Origin: Felis catus
Taxonomy: Eukaryota
Length of the DNA stretch: 64,000 nt
Reading direction: 5' to 3'
Assembly (NCBI RefSeq): GCF_018350175.1
Contig: NC_058376.1
Location: forward strand, 60,512,001 to 60,576,000
Numbering within the stretch: the stretch's first letter is position 1; each line of letters starts with the position of its first letter. This document shows, piece by piece, positions 51,601 through 62,451 of the stretch. Both the position numbers and the translations under genes were made by a program. The notes under the pieces are model-generated. The model was not told where the DNA came from, ran no database searches, and saw only the letters and a program-made list of their open reading frames with translations.

Positions 51601-54600
51601 TGTCTGAATAATATTGCTTATATTTCCTTTTGTGTAGGTGATGAATTATCTTGTTTTTTTTTTGTCTGAAAATATCTTCAATTTTTCCTTAATTTAAAAA
51701 TGATATATTTGTTTTGCTGGGTATACAATTCTATGTTGGCAGTTACTTTCTTTCAGGACATGGAAAACCTTTTCCATTGTCTCTGGCTTCCCATATTTCT
51801 GTCGAGAAACTATGGGAATCTTATTTTTGCTCCTTTGAAGGTATGGCTTTTTCTTCTCCTTCCTTTAAAAACTTTCTTTCTCTTTGATTTTCAGCAATTG
51901 TACAGTGATATAATTAGATACAGCTGGGAACATGTAGTACTCTCAAGGCGGGTGGCTTGAAGACAGTTTAAAACGGACAGTTACGAAGTACTGGGCAGCA
52001 TTAAGGAAACCATTAGGAGAAGTGTAGCAGTGTATTGTCACCCCTAGTCTTTAAGGGAAAGGGGAGAAGGTGATTACTAGAACCTGGAAAGGGAGAGATG
52101 TGTGGAGGGGACCAGCTTGAGAAGTACTGTAATCTTTGATTGAAGGTTATAGCCAGTCTAAGGCAACTATGCAGAGAGAATGCCGGGGGAATATATATAC
52201 CCTCACCTCACTCTCCTTGCCTTCATCCTCTACTGTTGCTCTGCATTGGTTGAGCCCAAACCCAAGCCTGAGGGCAAGGAAGCCTGCTGATGCAGTGCAC
52301 ATAGTTCCGTCTTCTTAGGAAACAGAATCAGGTGCAGAAGGCTGGAGAGCAGAGTTGGCGGGTGAACAGATGGTATCCACCCTTGCTGCTCACAGACCTG
52401 GAAACTGGGCAAGAGATTTTGACTTTCCAGGGGCGGGTTGCTGGTCTCAGCCTTCTCTCATGTATTCTTAATCTCTCGTCCATAGATAAGCAACACCCCT
52501 CCCTGTTGGTTGTCCATCCATGTTTATCTTAGGAACACTGTGCTTTATTAGCCATCTTAATATCCTGGTGGGTCAGCCTGCCATTGCAGTAACTACATCC
52601 ACTTTGTTTCTTAAGTGCTACCATCTGCCCCTATATCATTTTGGGGTCTCCTCATTCCTATTGCTACTAGGGATCCAGGTCTATAAAAGCATTCAGCCCC
52701 AGCCTACAGAGGAGAGATACCACTGAGGTTCCCAGTAATGCTGGTGCTTTCTTCACTAGCACATTCTTTTTCACCTTTGTGAAAGAGTGTCCTCTGGATC
52801 TTCCCTAGAAACATAATCAGCTATTGGATTTTCACAATTAGGTAGTACAGGGATCGACCAAGTTTCTCTGTAAAGGGCCAGGTAGTAAATCTTTTAGACT
52901 TTGTGGGCTATACGGTCTCTGTTGCAACAGTTCAACTCTGCCATTGCAGCATGAAAGCACCACAGACAATATGTAAATGGATGAGNNNNNNNNNNNNNNN
53001 NNNNNNNNNNNNNNNNNNNNNNNNNNNNNNNNNNNNNNNNNNNNNNNNNNNNNNNNNNNNNNNNNNNNNNNNNNNNNNNNNNNNNNNNNNNNNNNNNNNN
53101 NNNNNNNNNNNNNNNNNNNNNNNCGGGCAGTACAAAAATCTGTGGTAGGCCAGATTTGAGCCATGGGCCTTAGTTTGCCAATCCCTGATTTAGTAGGTTA
53201 TATTGGGGAAAACTCTGTTTTTTTCTTCTTCTCTACTCTTAACACTGCACAGAACACTTCTAAACAACAGATGGGTGGGTTTATTCCCACACTGACCAAT
53301 TCTTCTATACCATCTGGGTGTCCTACAATCAATTCAGTTCTGACACTATCTACTTGGAGTTAACATCAGAACCCACACATTAAGGGCTCAGTCCTACAGG
53401 ACTGCCCTCACTTTCAGACACCAACTGCAAGTCCCAGACTGTCACCTGTACTTCTGACTGACCAACTATAAATTGAAGTTTCTACAACCCCCTCCTTGGA
53501 TTTGATAATTTGTTGACAGCTCACAGAACTCAGAGGAACACTGACTCACATTTACTGGTTTGTTATATAATAAAGAGTATGATAAAGGATACAGATGAAT
53601 AGCCAGATGAAAGAGATACACAGGATGAGGTCAGTAAGGGTCCAAGCACAAGAGTATCTGTCCCTGGAGAGCTGGGGGGTGTTACCCTCCTGGCATGTGG
53701 ATATTTTTAGAAAACTGGAAGCTCTTTGAACTCCATACTTGTGGGATTTTTATGGAGACTTCATCATGTAAGCAAAATTGATTATTAGCTCATGTTCCAG
53801 TCCCTCTCCTTTTTCTGCAGAATGGGGGGTGGGGATGAAAGTTCCAAGCTTCTAATCATGGCTTGGTCTTTCTAGTGACCAGCCTCCATCCTGGAGCCCA
53901 CCCAACGTCACCTCATTGGAACAAAGACACTCCTATCACCAGGAAATTCCAAGCCATTTAGGAGTCCTGTGTAAAACATTCCTATCACTCAGCAAATTAT
54001 AAGAGTTTAAGGAGCATTGTGTCAGGAACTGGGGTTAAAGACTAAATATTAGTAGAAACTGAGGATAGAGACCAATATATATATGTTCCTTATGATTTTA
54101 CATCCATCCATCATTGCATCCCTACTTGTCTGAGGGTTTGGGTTCTTTCTTCCTTAGTTTGCCAAAGTGGTGTTGGTATGTTTATTGACAGCAGTGTATT
54201 AGTATTGTCTCCCAGAGTCCTTGTGAGGGTGTTATATCTTAAGTCACGAGATGTGTCCCAATATTGGCCAGTCTCATATTTTGCTTGCCCAGCATGCCCC
54301 TTCGCTCTGAGAATTCACTCCCAGACATGTTCTCCCATTGCTGCCGGTACATGTTGGCTGTGTCCTTTAGGTATAACCTCTCTCCTCCTTAAGCATTCCT
54401 GGCATTCCCTCAGGTACTGTAGGCTGCAGTCTTGCCCTAAATATGGGGCTGATGGCCTGTAGGGGACACAGGTCCTAACAGGGCCATAACTTCCATCAAG
54501 GAGAAGTGGGCCATTTTTGTAGTTCCATAGGATACAAGAGAAGCAGGTAGTTCTCAGTGAGTCTACCCAGAGATCCTCTTCCCAAGTCATAGATATCTCT

Positions 54601-56956
54601 CCTTTTCTAAGCATAAGAGACTTGCACAAGCTTACAATCCAGCCTACGTTGAAGTTCTATCTCTCTTACAGTTAGGTCCTGTGCCTGGTCTTCAGTGTCA
54701 GAGATGTGTTTTTCTTGAAATGCTATCAAGAAGGAGCTTTGACTCTTCACACTTTGCTTCCAGGTGCTGAGAGATCTGAGCCTGTCATGCTCCCCGCTCC
54801 ATGTACTGGGGAGAATTTAGTAAAAACTACTCAATCCCACAGTTTGAATAACCACTCTTTTTCCATACTTCGCAAATGTCAGTGATGTGGCACCAGCTCA
54901 GATTCCCCTTCCATCTGTGTCCCATCCCATTCCACCACCACCAGTGGGGTTCGTATTCCCATCCAGCTGGGGAGGGATCCCTCCACAATACCATCCTGTG
55001 TCTGCTTCTAGGGCCATTTCCAGGAGCAACAGTTTTGGATCAGATCCCCATAAATAGATCCTGACATATGAATTTTGGTGAGAGTGATTTACTGGGATGG
55101 ACTCTCAGGTGAAGGGTAGTGAAGGAGTAGCTGGATAGGGCCAAGGGCAGAAAGCTCAGCCAGACTTTGTCTCAGCTGGAGACTTGACTGCAGCAAGAAT
55201 TAATTGTATGCAAATTTGGCTGTACCTTGAGGCAGGGAGCCAGATTTTTGAAAACCCACCTTAGTCAACTCCCAATTCCATATGCTAACCAGAGAGGGCA
55301 GGGCCCAACCACCATTCCCCAGAGAAGGGGCAGCTGTGAGCTGCCCACAGCCCATACTCTCAGTGTCTGGGGAATGGGATCCCTGGTCTAGCAGGTAGGA
55401 TCTGAGCAGGGTGCTAACAGCGTTCCTTATAGACCTGGAGAGCCCATTGGTTGCATTATTTAGGAGCGTGGACTTTGGAATCAGACAGACCTAGCTTTGG
55501 ATCCTGGCTGTACCACTTCAGTAGCTATGGTAATATCTATAAAGTGGGAATAATTATGATGCAGCTCTCATAGCGTTGTGGGAAAACATCAGTCAAGTAA
55601 TTCATGTAAGGCACTTGGCATTTTTCCCGGCATGTATTAATAAGTATTAGTTATTAAGTTCTTGTAATTATTATAGATTTTATTTACCGTGGCACTTTAT
55701 AATACTTGGTACTCAAAAATATTGATATTGCATGGATGTATTATGACTAAATGAATGGATATTGTTTGCTAAGCAGGTATTGCAAAGAGTTTCCCTAGGG
55801 GATCTTCTGTGAGGGAAAAGAGAGATGGCTGTGTCCAGCTCCATAACACTGACTACCCACTGTCTGTCCTCCTCATGTCTCCCAGGGGGCAGTGTTTGTC
55901 CTCATAGGACCCAGCTGCAGTCTCCCTTCTTGCTCCTATAGGACCACTTCAGCCCCAGGCTTGTTTTTTGTACTGGCAATGACAGAGCCCCGATACACAG
56001 GGATTAAATGAAAACTGAGCAGCTGAGAGACCCATCTCAGGAATGTTTACATTTCCCAGAAGACTTTGGAAGCCAAAATAGTCAAGATTCCAGGGCAAGG
56101 GTGGCCAGTCTAAGAGTGGAAATGAGAACACACCAGCACCAAAGGTCACCATCAGTTCTTTGAGAAAGAATTGGATATTTATATGTTTGAAATGGATTGG
56201 GTTGCATCAAGGGATGTAGCACTCTTTTAGCACAGCATCAGCATGACCAATGATGACCCCTTTTCTTCATACCTATGGTAAGGGTGCAGCCATTGCATTG
56301 AAAAGGAATGAATGAAACAGTGAGTGGGAAGAGACCACCTGACTCCTGTGTATCCTTCTAAGACCATGGCTTCTATCTAGGCCAAGTTCCTCAGGGCCTG
56401 CAGTGTAATGCCACCCCTAATATTTGATATTTGTTCATGGTGTACATCCGTGCAGCCTATCCACCCTTCCCGTTAGCCTATATGCGTGCACCGCTGAGCT
56501 CACACTAGCCAGTAAGGATGCTATTTCCTCTCCTGGGAAGTAGTAGATGATGGGAAGAATGGGATTTGGTTTTGTGTTTGTTGTTATTTTCCAAGCCTGT
56601 GTGTGGCTTTTTGTAATTCTGTCATCCAGACCCGTGGATGCACCCCATGGTGGGAGTGAGTGACATACTTTAGAGCAGAGTCTCCAGTAAGACTGAGAGG
56701 GTGTCACCTCTGCAGTTGATGCCATTAGGTGTTTCTTCTGCCATCCTGCTTGTGCCTACTGGTCTTTGACTTCCTTGGCTTAGCACAATCTTCACCTGTG
56801 ATGCTCTCATATGGGGGCAATGGCTGACCTCATACCCTTTGTTTTCCCAAACAGATTTCACTGTCTGTTCTATTTTCCCATAATAGCAATTGTAGCTGTC
56901 TGACTATGAGTCCCTTTGATTTGGAAAATCCTGTTCTTTTAGGTATGGGCTGAGGA

Positions 56957-56995
<39 letters not shown>

Positions 56996-58655
56996 ACGCG
57001 CGCGCGTGCATGCATGCCTGTGCCTGCGCATGCATGTGTGAACACACACTTTTCAGTCCCAAAACATATATTGAATGTCTGTTATGGGCTCTGAGGTTAC
57101 AAAGAGGAATACAGCATAGATCCTTCCCTCAGGGAGCCCACAGTTTGGAGAAGTAAGAGGGGTAAACAGATAAGTTCTAGACAGCATTGCATGTTACAAC
57201 AGAGAACATCTAGAGAACAGGAAGAATGTCACTCTCACAGAAGGTCAGGGAAGGCTTCTTGGACAATGTGCTATGGAGCTGAGTCTGGAGGAAAGAGTAG
57301 ACAACTTTTTGGAGATCATATAAAAAGTTGGGGGAGGTAGAAAACAGTGCATGGCATTCGAGAAGCAATAAGATGAGAAGCAGCCTGGCTGAGGAGAAAG
57401 AGCATGGCCTGGACCCAAGTCAGAACGGGGATTGTCCTTGGGTAAGTGGCTTCACCTGTCTGCATATGAGCTCATTCCAAAACAGAAACTTCAGTAGGGT
57501 TGTTGCTGAGATGACATGAAGAAGCTAGCCAGTACGTGCTCATAGCAGCTTCTGAATAAATGCTCCCTGCCTGACACCCAGGCCATATGCCAGGAGCTGG
57601 AGGGTTGAGTGGGGATGCACCACAGGTGATGAAGCTGCAAAGGTGAGTGTGACCAAATCACCAAAGGTGTTTTGGGGGGCATCACACACAATCTTCTGCA
57701 GGGAATGTAGTGAAATTATGGACTAACCTACGGTGTTTTACAAGCCCCTTGACATCCACCTGCAGCCCCTCTAGGAGATCAAGCACCCTTCAGTAGGCAA
57801 GGGGAGCCATCCAAGGGCTTTAGGCAGAAGCATGGTGTGATCCAACTTCCAGTTCTAAATTACCACTGTGCTGGTGGCCATGTGAAAGTTGGACCCGAAG
57901 AAAGAGGGAGTTCAGAGGTAGGCGGGTGCTTGAAGCACAGGGCGAGATAAGACATGGGGGTAGGAATAGAGAAGAGGGAAGTGATTTCAGAGGGACTTAG
58001 GAATAAAATTGGTTGGGAATTTATGGCCGATTGGAATTTAACATTAGGCTTCTGGTCATCTGGTGCTGTGAACCAGGAAAGAGAACGTAGGGACAGGAGC
58101 AGGTTGTGGGGGAGGGAACATGATTGTCTCATTTGAGACAGAGTGAGCCTGAGCTTGCTGTGACTGGCCATTGGGTGGTCTGGAGCTTGGGGCTGGAGCC
58201 CGGGGTAATTTGGGTACAGATCTGGGAATGTTCAGAGGGCAGATGGTATTTGTAGAGGTCCATATACATGAGGTGACTCAGAGAGAGTGTTCAGAGTGAG
58301 AAAACAGAGGGCAGAGCTTGGGGAGTCCCTTTATTTGGGGAGCTAATGTGTGAGCAGGAGAAAAGCAGGTCCGGCTGAAGGTGAAGGTGGGAGTTTGCAG
58401 GAGGAGGAGAACCGGGAGAGAGTGATACTGTGGGAGCCAGGGAAAGAGAACATTTCCAAAAGGAAGAGGTCAGCAGTGTCAGAGGCAGTAAAGAGAACAA
58501 GAGAATTGAGACAAAAAGCTGCTTCACGGGGTATGGGGCTCACTGCATGTGGAACAAGGGTGGTTTCACTGGAGTGGTTAGTACTGAAATCTAGCTGCGA
58601 TGAGGCTGAGAAATTAAGGGTTAAGGAATTGGTATTGGTAAGAACACAACTTTGC

Positions 58656-58695
<40 letters not shown>

Positions 58696-59037
58696 TGTGT
58701 AAGAAAGGAAGAGAGAGATGATTGTAACTATGTATCATGTTGGGGAATAACTTCTGAATGACATCCCCTCCTCCTCACTTTGTAGTTTGTTTGTTTTCAG
58801 AAGAAATCTCTCAGAGCCCATTCTTCGGAAAGTGGCCTCAGGAGAATGCCTCGTGAACAGGAGGGATGGAGTGCCGGCGTTCTGTCATCTGCTGGAAGCT
58901 GCATCCAGGCAGAGGCTGTGCCTGTGGTCTTCTGCACAGAGCGGAGGGGAGATGACTGTGCCGAGCCACATGAATACTTCAACGTCCTGAGTTACAGGAG
59001 CCTTGGAAGCTTCAGCTTCCCAGCAGAGACCAGTTAG
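45635..59037 (+). CDS. TIGIT: T-cell immunoreceptor with Ig and ITIM domains, spliced CDS join(45635..45698,46701..47030,50033..50139,58801..59037), 738 nt / 245 aa
   Basis: The four exons join in frame with GT-AG boundaries. The translation MQWYLLLIWAQGLRQAPLPTSG...VTQVNWEQQDQLLA...TYHTYPDG...FQIPLLGAMA...YFNVLSYRSLGSFSFPAETS closely resembles human TIGIT: signal peptide, IgV with PVR-family motifs VTQ, AX6G and TYP, TM helix, ITT-like YFN and ITIM LSYRSL. Confidence 0.97.
46701..47030 (+). CDS. TIGIT: TIGIT coding exon 2 (IgV domain)
   Basis: Acceptor ttttctccccttccctag|; 330 nt; IgV cysteines LQC and YFC, NW, and NVS/NDT sequons; donor cag|gtatgc. Confidence 0.97.
47110..47290. mobile_element. 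MER5-like hAT-Charlie MITE
   Basis: aatcaccagggagctttta..aatcagaatctct..ggtgattc..gcagccagaattgagagccactg. Confidence 0.75.
47405..47620 (+). mobile_element. Can-SINE in TIGIT intron 2
   Basis: SINEC head and body; TSD agaatta(g/a)cttct. Confidence 0.92.
47636..47840 (-). mobile_element. Can-SINE in TIGIT intron 2
   Basis: poly-T, GA tract, ending caggcgcccc. Confidence 0.92.
48225..48447 (+). mobile_element. Can-SINE inserted in a MIR, TIGIT intron 2
   Basis: TSD aaacaaggcctggaa. Confidence 0.92.
48612..48784 (-). mobile_element. Short Can-SINE, TIGIT intron 2
   Basis: TSD accctcagagcttct. Confidence 0.88.
50033..50139 (+). CDS. TIGIT: TIGIT coding exon 3 (stalk and transmembrane)
   Basis: Acceptor tcgcccctccag|; VAERSAGFQIPLLGAMAIVLAVICMAVIVVVTLTRK; donor aag|gtaaag; 107 nt. 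Confidence 0.96.
51150..51920 (-). mobile_element. Old L1 fragment in TIGIT intron 3
   Basis: T-rich; tttgtctgaaaatatct..ttttgctgggtatacaattcta..ttccattgtctctggcttcc. Confidence 0.6.
52848..53190 (+). mobile_element. MER58A-like hAT MITE (spans an N-gap)
   Basis: ctgtaaagggccaggtagtaaat..tacggtctctgttgcaac..ctctgccattgcagcatgaaagc..ggccagatttg..tagtttgcca. Confidence 0.8.
53200..54100. mobile_element. MER21-like solo LTR in TIGIT intron 3
   Basis: tcctacaatcaattcagttctgacactatctac..aagggctcagtcc..gatacagatgaatagccagatgaaagagatacacagg..aaagttccaagcttctaatcatggcttggtctttct. Confidence 0.75.
56960..57040. repeat. (TG)n/(CG)n/(TGCA)n compound microsatellite
   Basis: Alternating purine-pyrimidine run, seen directly. 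Confidence 0.92.
57055..58630 (-). mobile_element. L2 fragments in TIGIT intron 3
   Basis: atattgaatgtc..aaggtcagggaaggcttc..ggggagccatccaagggctttaggcag..agcagtgtcagaggc. Confidence 0.55.
58657..58700. repeat. (TG)n microsatellite about 100 bp upstream of TIGIT exon 4
   Basis: Interrupted TG run, seen directly. Confidence 0.92.
58801..59037 (+). CDS. TIGIT: TIGIT coding exon 4 (cytoplasmic tail with ITT-like motif and ITIM)
   Basis: Acceptor ttgttttcag|; KKSLRAHSSESGLRRMPREQ...HEYFNVLSYRSLGSFSFPAETS*; TAG stop ends at 59037. Confidence 0.95.
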   Translation, partial: KKSLRAHSSESGLRRMPREQEGWSAGVLSSAGSCIQAEAVPVVFCTERRGDDCAEPHEYFNVLSYRSLGSFSFPAETS

Positions 59038-61011
59038 CTCCCAGAGGCATCGTCTGGGAGATACACTCCTGTCTCTGCTATTACAGGTGGATGATGTACA
59101 AGGGTCTGCAGTCTCCATTATTGCTGCGCGTGTGGGTGTGTGTGTTCAGTTGAGTGAATGAATGTCATTCTCTTCTCCACATCTCCTCTGCCTTTCCCTT
59201 CCCTGGTGGCAGACCCAGAGTGAACAGCTTGTGTGTTGATTATGAATGCAAAGTTAAAAAAAAAAAATAACTTGACCTGGTTTGAGCGGATCTTATGGCT
59301 CTGAGAAATGCATTCCCAACAGGAGCACTGGGCAGGGCTTTGGGCTGCAGTTTTGTGATGGATGATGATGATGATATGATCATCTCATTTGTCATGGTCA
59401 TTTTCATCAACATTCACACATTCAAGGCATTTTATGAAAAAGGCATGACATGGGCATGGGCTTCCATGGGGCGATTTGGGCATGACTAACCCACCCTCTC
59501 AGGTCTCAGCCTTTATAAACCTTACAGTTAAATGGGGTGATGACATTTGCATTAAAGGTAGTAAGAAGACAGGGAGACAAGACATGCGTCTTTGGGAAGA
59601 GATGTGGTACAGGCTGAGGTGGTCAGGATAGGCTTTGTCTGGGGCAAAGTCCTGGGAGGATGGAAGGAACAGTGAGGCTTATGTGGTCAGAGCAGGAATT
59701 TTGTCCAGGGAGGTCAGAGAAACCGAACAGAACTACTGAAATATCTCACATGGAAGATCCTGGCACCAAGGGAGCCAACAGGGCTTCAGATTTTACTCCC
59801 TGAGAAGCTAATTCAAGTCTCCTTTTGCTGGGTGTGCTTGGAGTCCAGGGATGGGCTGCAGCAGGGGACCCCAGGTCTTCCAGCTGCCCGCTGGGGGGGC
59901 TGCAGCTTAGCCCCTGGCCAGGATCCACCTTTTCTCTGTCAACCCACCATGGAGCCTGTGAGGAAAGAATCTGTGTCCACCAAAAGGAAAACCTGGATTT
60001 TTAAAACAGGGACTCTTCCTAGGGGGGAGAAAAAAGAGTGATTGAGGGTTTAAAAATGAACACCCTCCCACTAGCTGCTCCGAACCCTTAAATTCACCCT
60101 CTGACCTCTTTGTGCTGGGCTTTGGGTGGCATCTAAGTGCGAGTTTCTGTTTAGCTGACAATCAGGCCTTTATCCTGCCATCACCTCTCTTATAGGATTG
60201 AGGAGGAATGCTGGGCACGGAGGTGACAGATTTTCTTTCATGGGCACAGGAAATGAGAGAGGATGTGAAGCAAGGCTGTCATTTGCCAACAGCTGAAGTG
60301 AAGTATTGCTCTGCTCCCTAAGTAGGCAGGCTGAGCAAGAAGAAAATTCAACTCCTACTCCTTGGATTTGTATTTTTATTTTTCTCGCTTCTCTACCAAA
60401 TAGGTATGTACTTAGGAGCAACGAGCCCAAATCTGTCCGGAGTGCTGAGTCCTTTGGAAGACAGACAGATGCATGTCAAATGCTGTTCTGGGCCATGGCA
60501 GCCCAGCACATTCTTCTTGCCGAACTAGTGCAAACGGCTTGGGAGTAGAATACCATTCACGAATTGGAAATGAACTAAAACGTACTGACAAAAGGGAGCT
60601 GCAGTTTGCTTTGGAGGAGACATATATTGAGGTCAAGGCTGGACTGAGTGTTGGGTGTTATTTAACATGATTATAGTGACAGGGAAATATCTACAAATAC
60701 CATTTGGATGGAGATAAAAATACAAAAGAACCCATAGATGCTATAAATAGGCCAGGTTGCTAAAATGAGATTGAATTAGACAGAAAATAAATTTTCAAGT
60801 GGAATTCACTGAACTAGATTTTCCTTGGAGAACCAGAGAAGACAATTCCCTAAAAGCCAGATTCCTGAACAGGTGTCCTGTCCAGTGCGGTAGCCGTTCT
60901 CCACAGGTAGCTGTCGAGCAGGTGAGATGTCATAGTCTGAATTGAGATGTACTGCGCTGTAAGTATAAAATGCACACTAGATTTTATACTAGGCTGGTTG
61001 TGTGTAATAAA
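59038..61011 (+). other. TIGIT: Probable TIGIT 3' UTR with candidate poly(A) signals
   Basis: Follows the stop codon; ATTAAA at 59551, AATAAA at 60786 and 61006; actual end unknown. Confidence 0.45.
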
Positions 61012-61205
61012 AACAGAAACTATCACGTTAGTAATCTAAACATATTGATGACATGTCAGAATGATAGGATTTTGGATATTTTGGATTAAAATATGTTATT
61101 AAAATTAATTTCACCTGTTTCTTTTTAATTTCTTAATATGGCTACCGGACAATCTAAAATTGCATATGTGGCTCCCATTATATCTTGATTGGGCCATGCA
61201 GCACT
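60873..61205 (-). mobile_element. MER33-like hAT-Charlie MITE
   Basis: ctgtccagtgcggtagcc..aattgagatg..aaaattaatttcacctgtttcttttt..catatgtggctc. Confidence 0.78.
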
Positions 61206-62055
61206 AGACTCTGGACCTGAGCACAGCTGGTACCAGGGAAGGGTGTCCATCACTGATTGGTGGTCTCTCTCTTTTGCTCTCATTCAACATAGGGTTTGAG
61301 GAGACTTTCTCCTCTTATTATGTCTTTTGAGAAACACATAGGAGAGGATTATAGGGGAGATGGAGTTAGGAGATTATTAAGTGCAGACAGGAAGTGGTCC
61401 TAAGCTCTCTTGGATCCCCTCTTGGATTTCATGATAGGAGAAGGGAAGATAAATGAATTAAAGAATGAGAGTTTGGGGAAGAATAAATGTACTGGCTCCC
61501 GACCCTTAGAATTACTCCACATTCTAAGCCTGGGCACGTACAGTCTGATCTCTAATCCAAAGAACTATCCTGAACAAATATGAGAAATTTTGAGTCATAG
61601 AGCTTTGAGGTAGGTGATCTTCATGAGTAGATAGATTTTTCTCATGCAGTTTTATTTCATGACTCATTCCTTCTCACCTGTCAGCCCCTGGGGATGAATC
61701 ATCACGCACTCAGGTTCATACGGATTCCATCAGTGCTGAAGCTAGACAGACAGGGTGGCTGTGTGCTGGGTGCAAATGGCAGCATTCTGGTGGGCACGCC
61801 GTCCCCACAAGGCGGAGGGAAGCAGCAGCATGGCTGTGGCTGCCAGCTGGGGGATGTGAATTTGGTTCCATCTTCTGGGTCTTCCCAGTGCTGCTTCAGG
61901 GCTGTAACTAGTAAATTTCTGCATCCACTCCAAAGTACACCTGTCAAGAGGCTCAGAGGAGCCTTATGTGTGCAAGAGCCTGAGCTTCCAGGAAGTCAGA
62001 ATTATGAGCTTCAATGTTTGATAGAATTTTTTTTTGCAGAAGGTAGAGTCTAGGA

Positions 62056-62217
62056 CAGTACTATCCAGTAGAACTTTCTTTGATGATAGAAATGTTTTGC
62101 ATCTGTACCATTCAGTGTGGCAACCACTAGCCACACGTTGCTATTGAGCACTTGAAATAAGGCTAATGTGACTACAGAACTGAATTTTAAATTTTATTTC
62201 ATTTTAATTAACTTAAA
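62056..62217 (+). mobile_element. MER3-like hAT-Charlie MITE
   Basis: tccagtagaactttct..gatgatagaaatgtt..ccactagccacacg..ctattgagcacttgaaat. Confidence 0.8.
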
Positions 62218-62218
62218 T

Positions 62219-62253
<35 letters not shown>

Positions 62254-62451
62254 TTCATGAGAGAGGGAGAGAGAAGATGTGTGTGAGTTGGGGAAGGGCA
62301 GAGGGAGCGAGAGAATCTCAAGCAGGCTCTATACCCAGCGCAGAGCCTGACGTGGGGCTCGACCTCATGACCCTGAGACGATGACCTGAACTGAAATCAA
62401 GAGTTGGATGCTTAACTGACTGAGCCCCCCCCCCCCCCGCCAAAGTGCCCC
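62218..62451 (-). mobile_element. Can-SINE inserted in MER3
   Basis: (TTTA)n tail, gagaatctcaagcaggctct..gaaatcaagagttggatgcttaactgactgagc. Confidence 0.88.

Noticed and set aside
59256-59267. A-run after the TIGIT stop as a possible transcript end
   Set aside because: Genomic A-tract without an upstream AATAAA; more likely an internal-priming site
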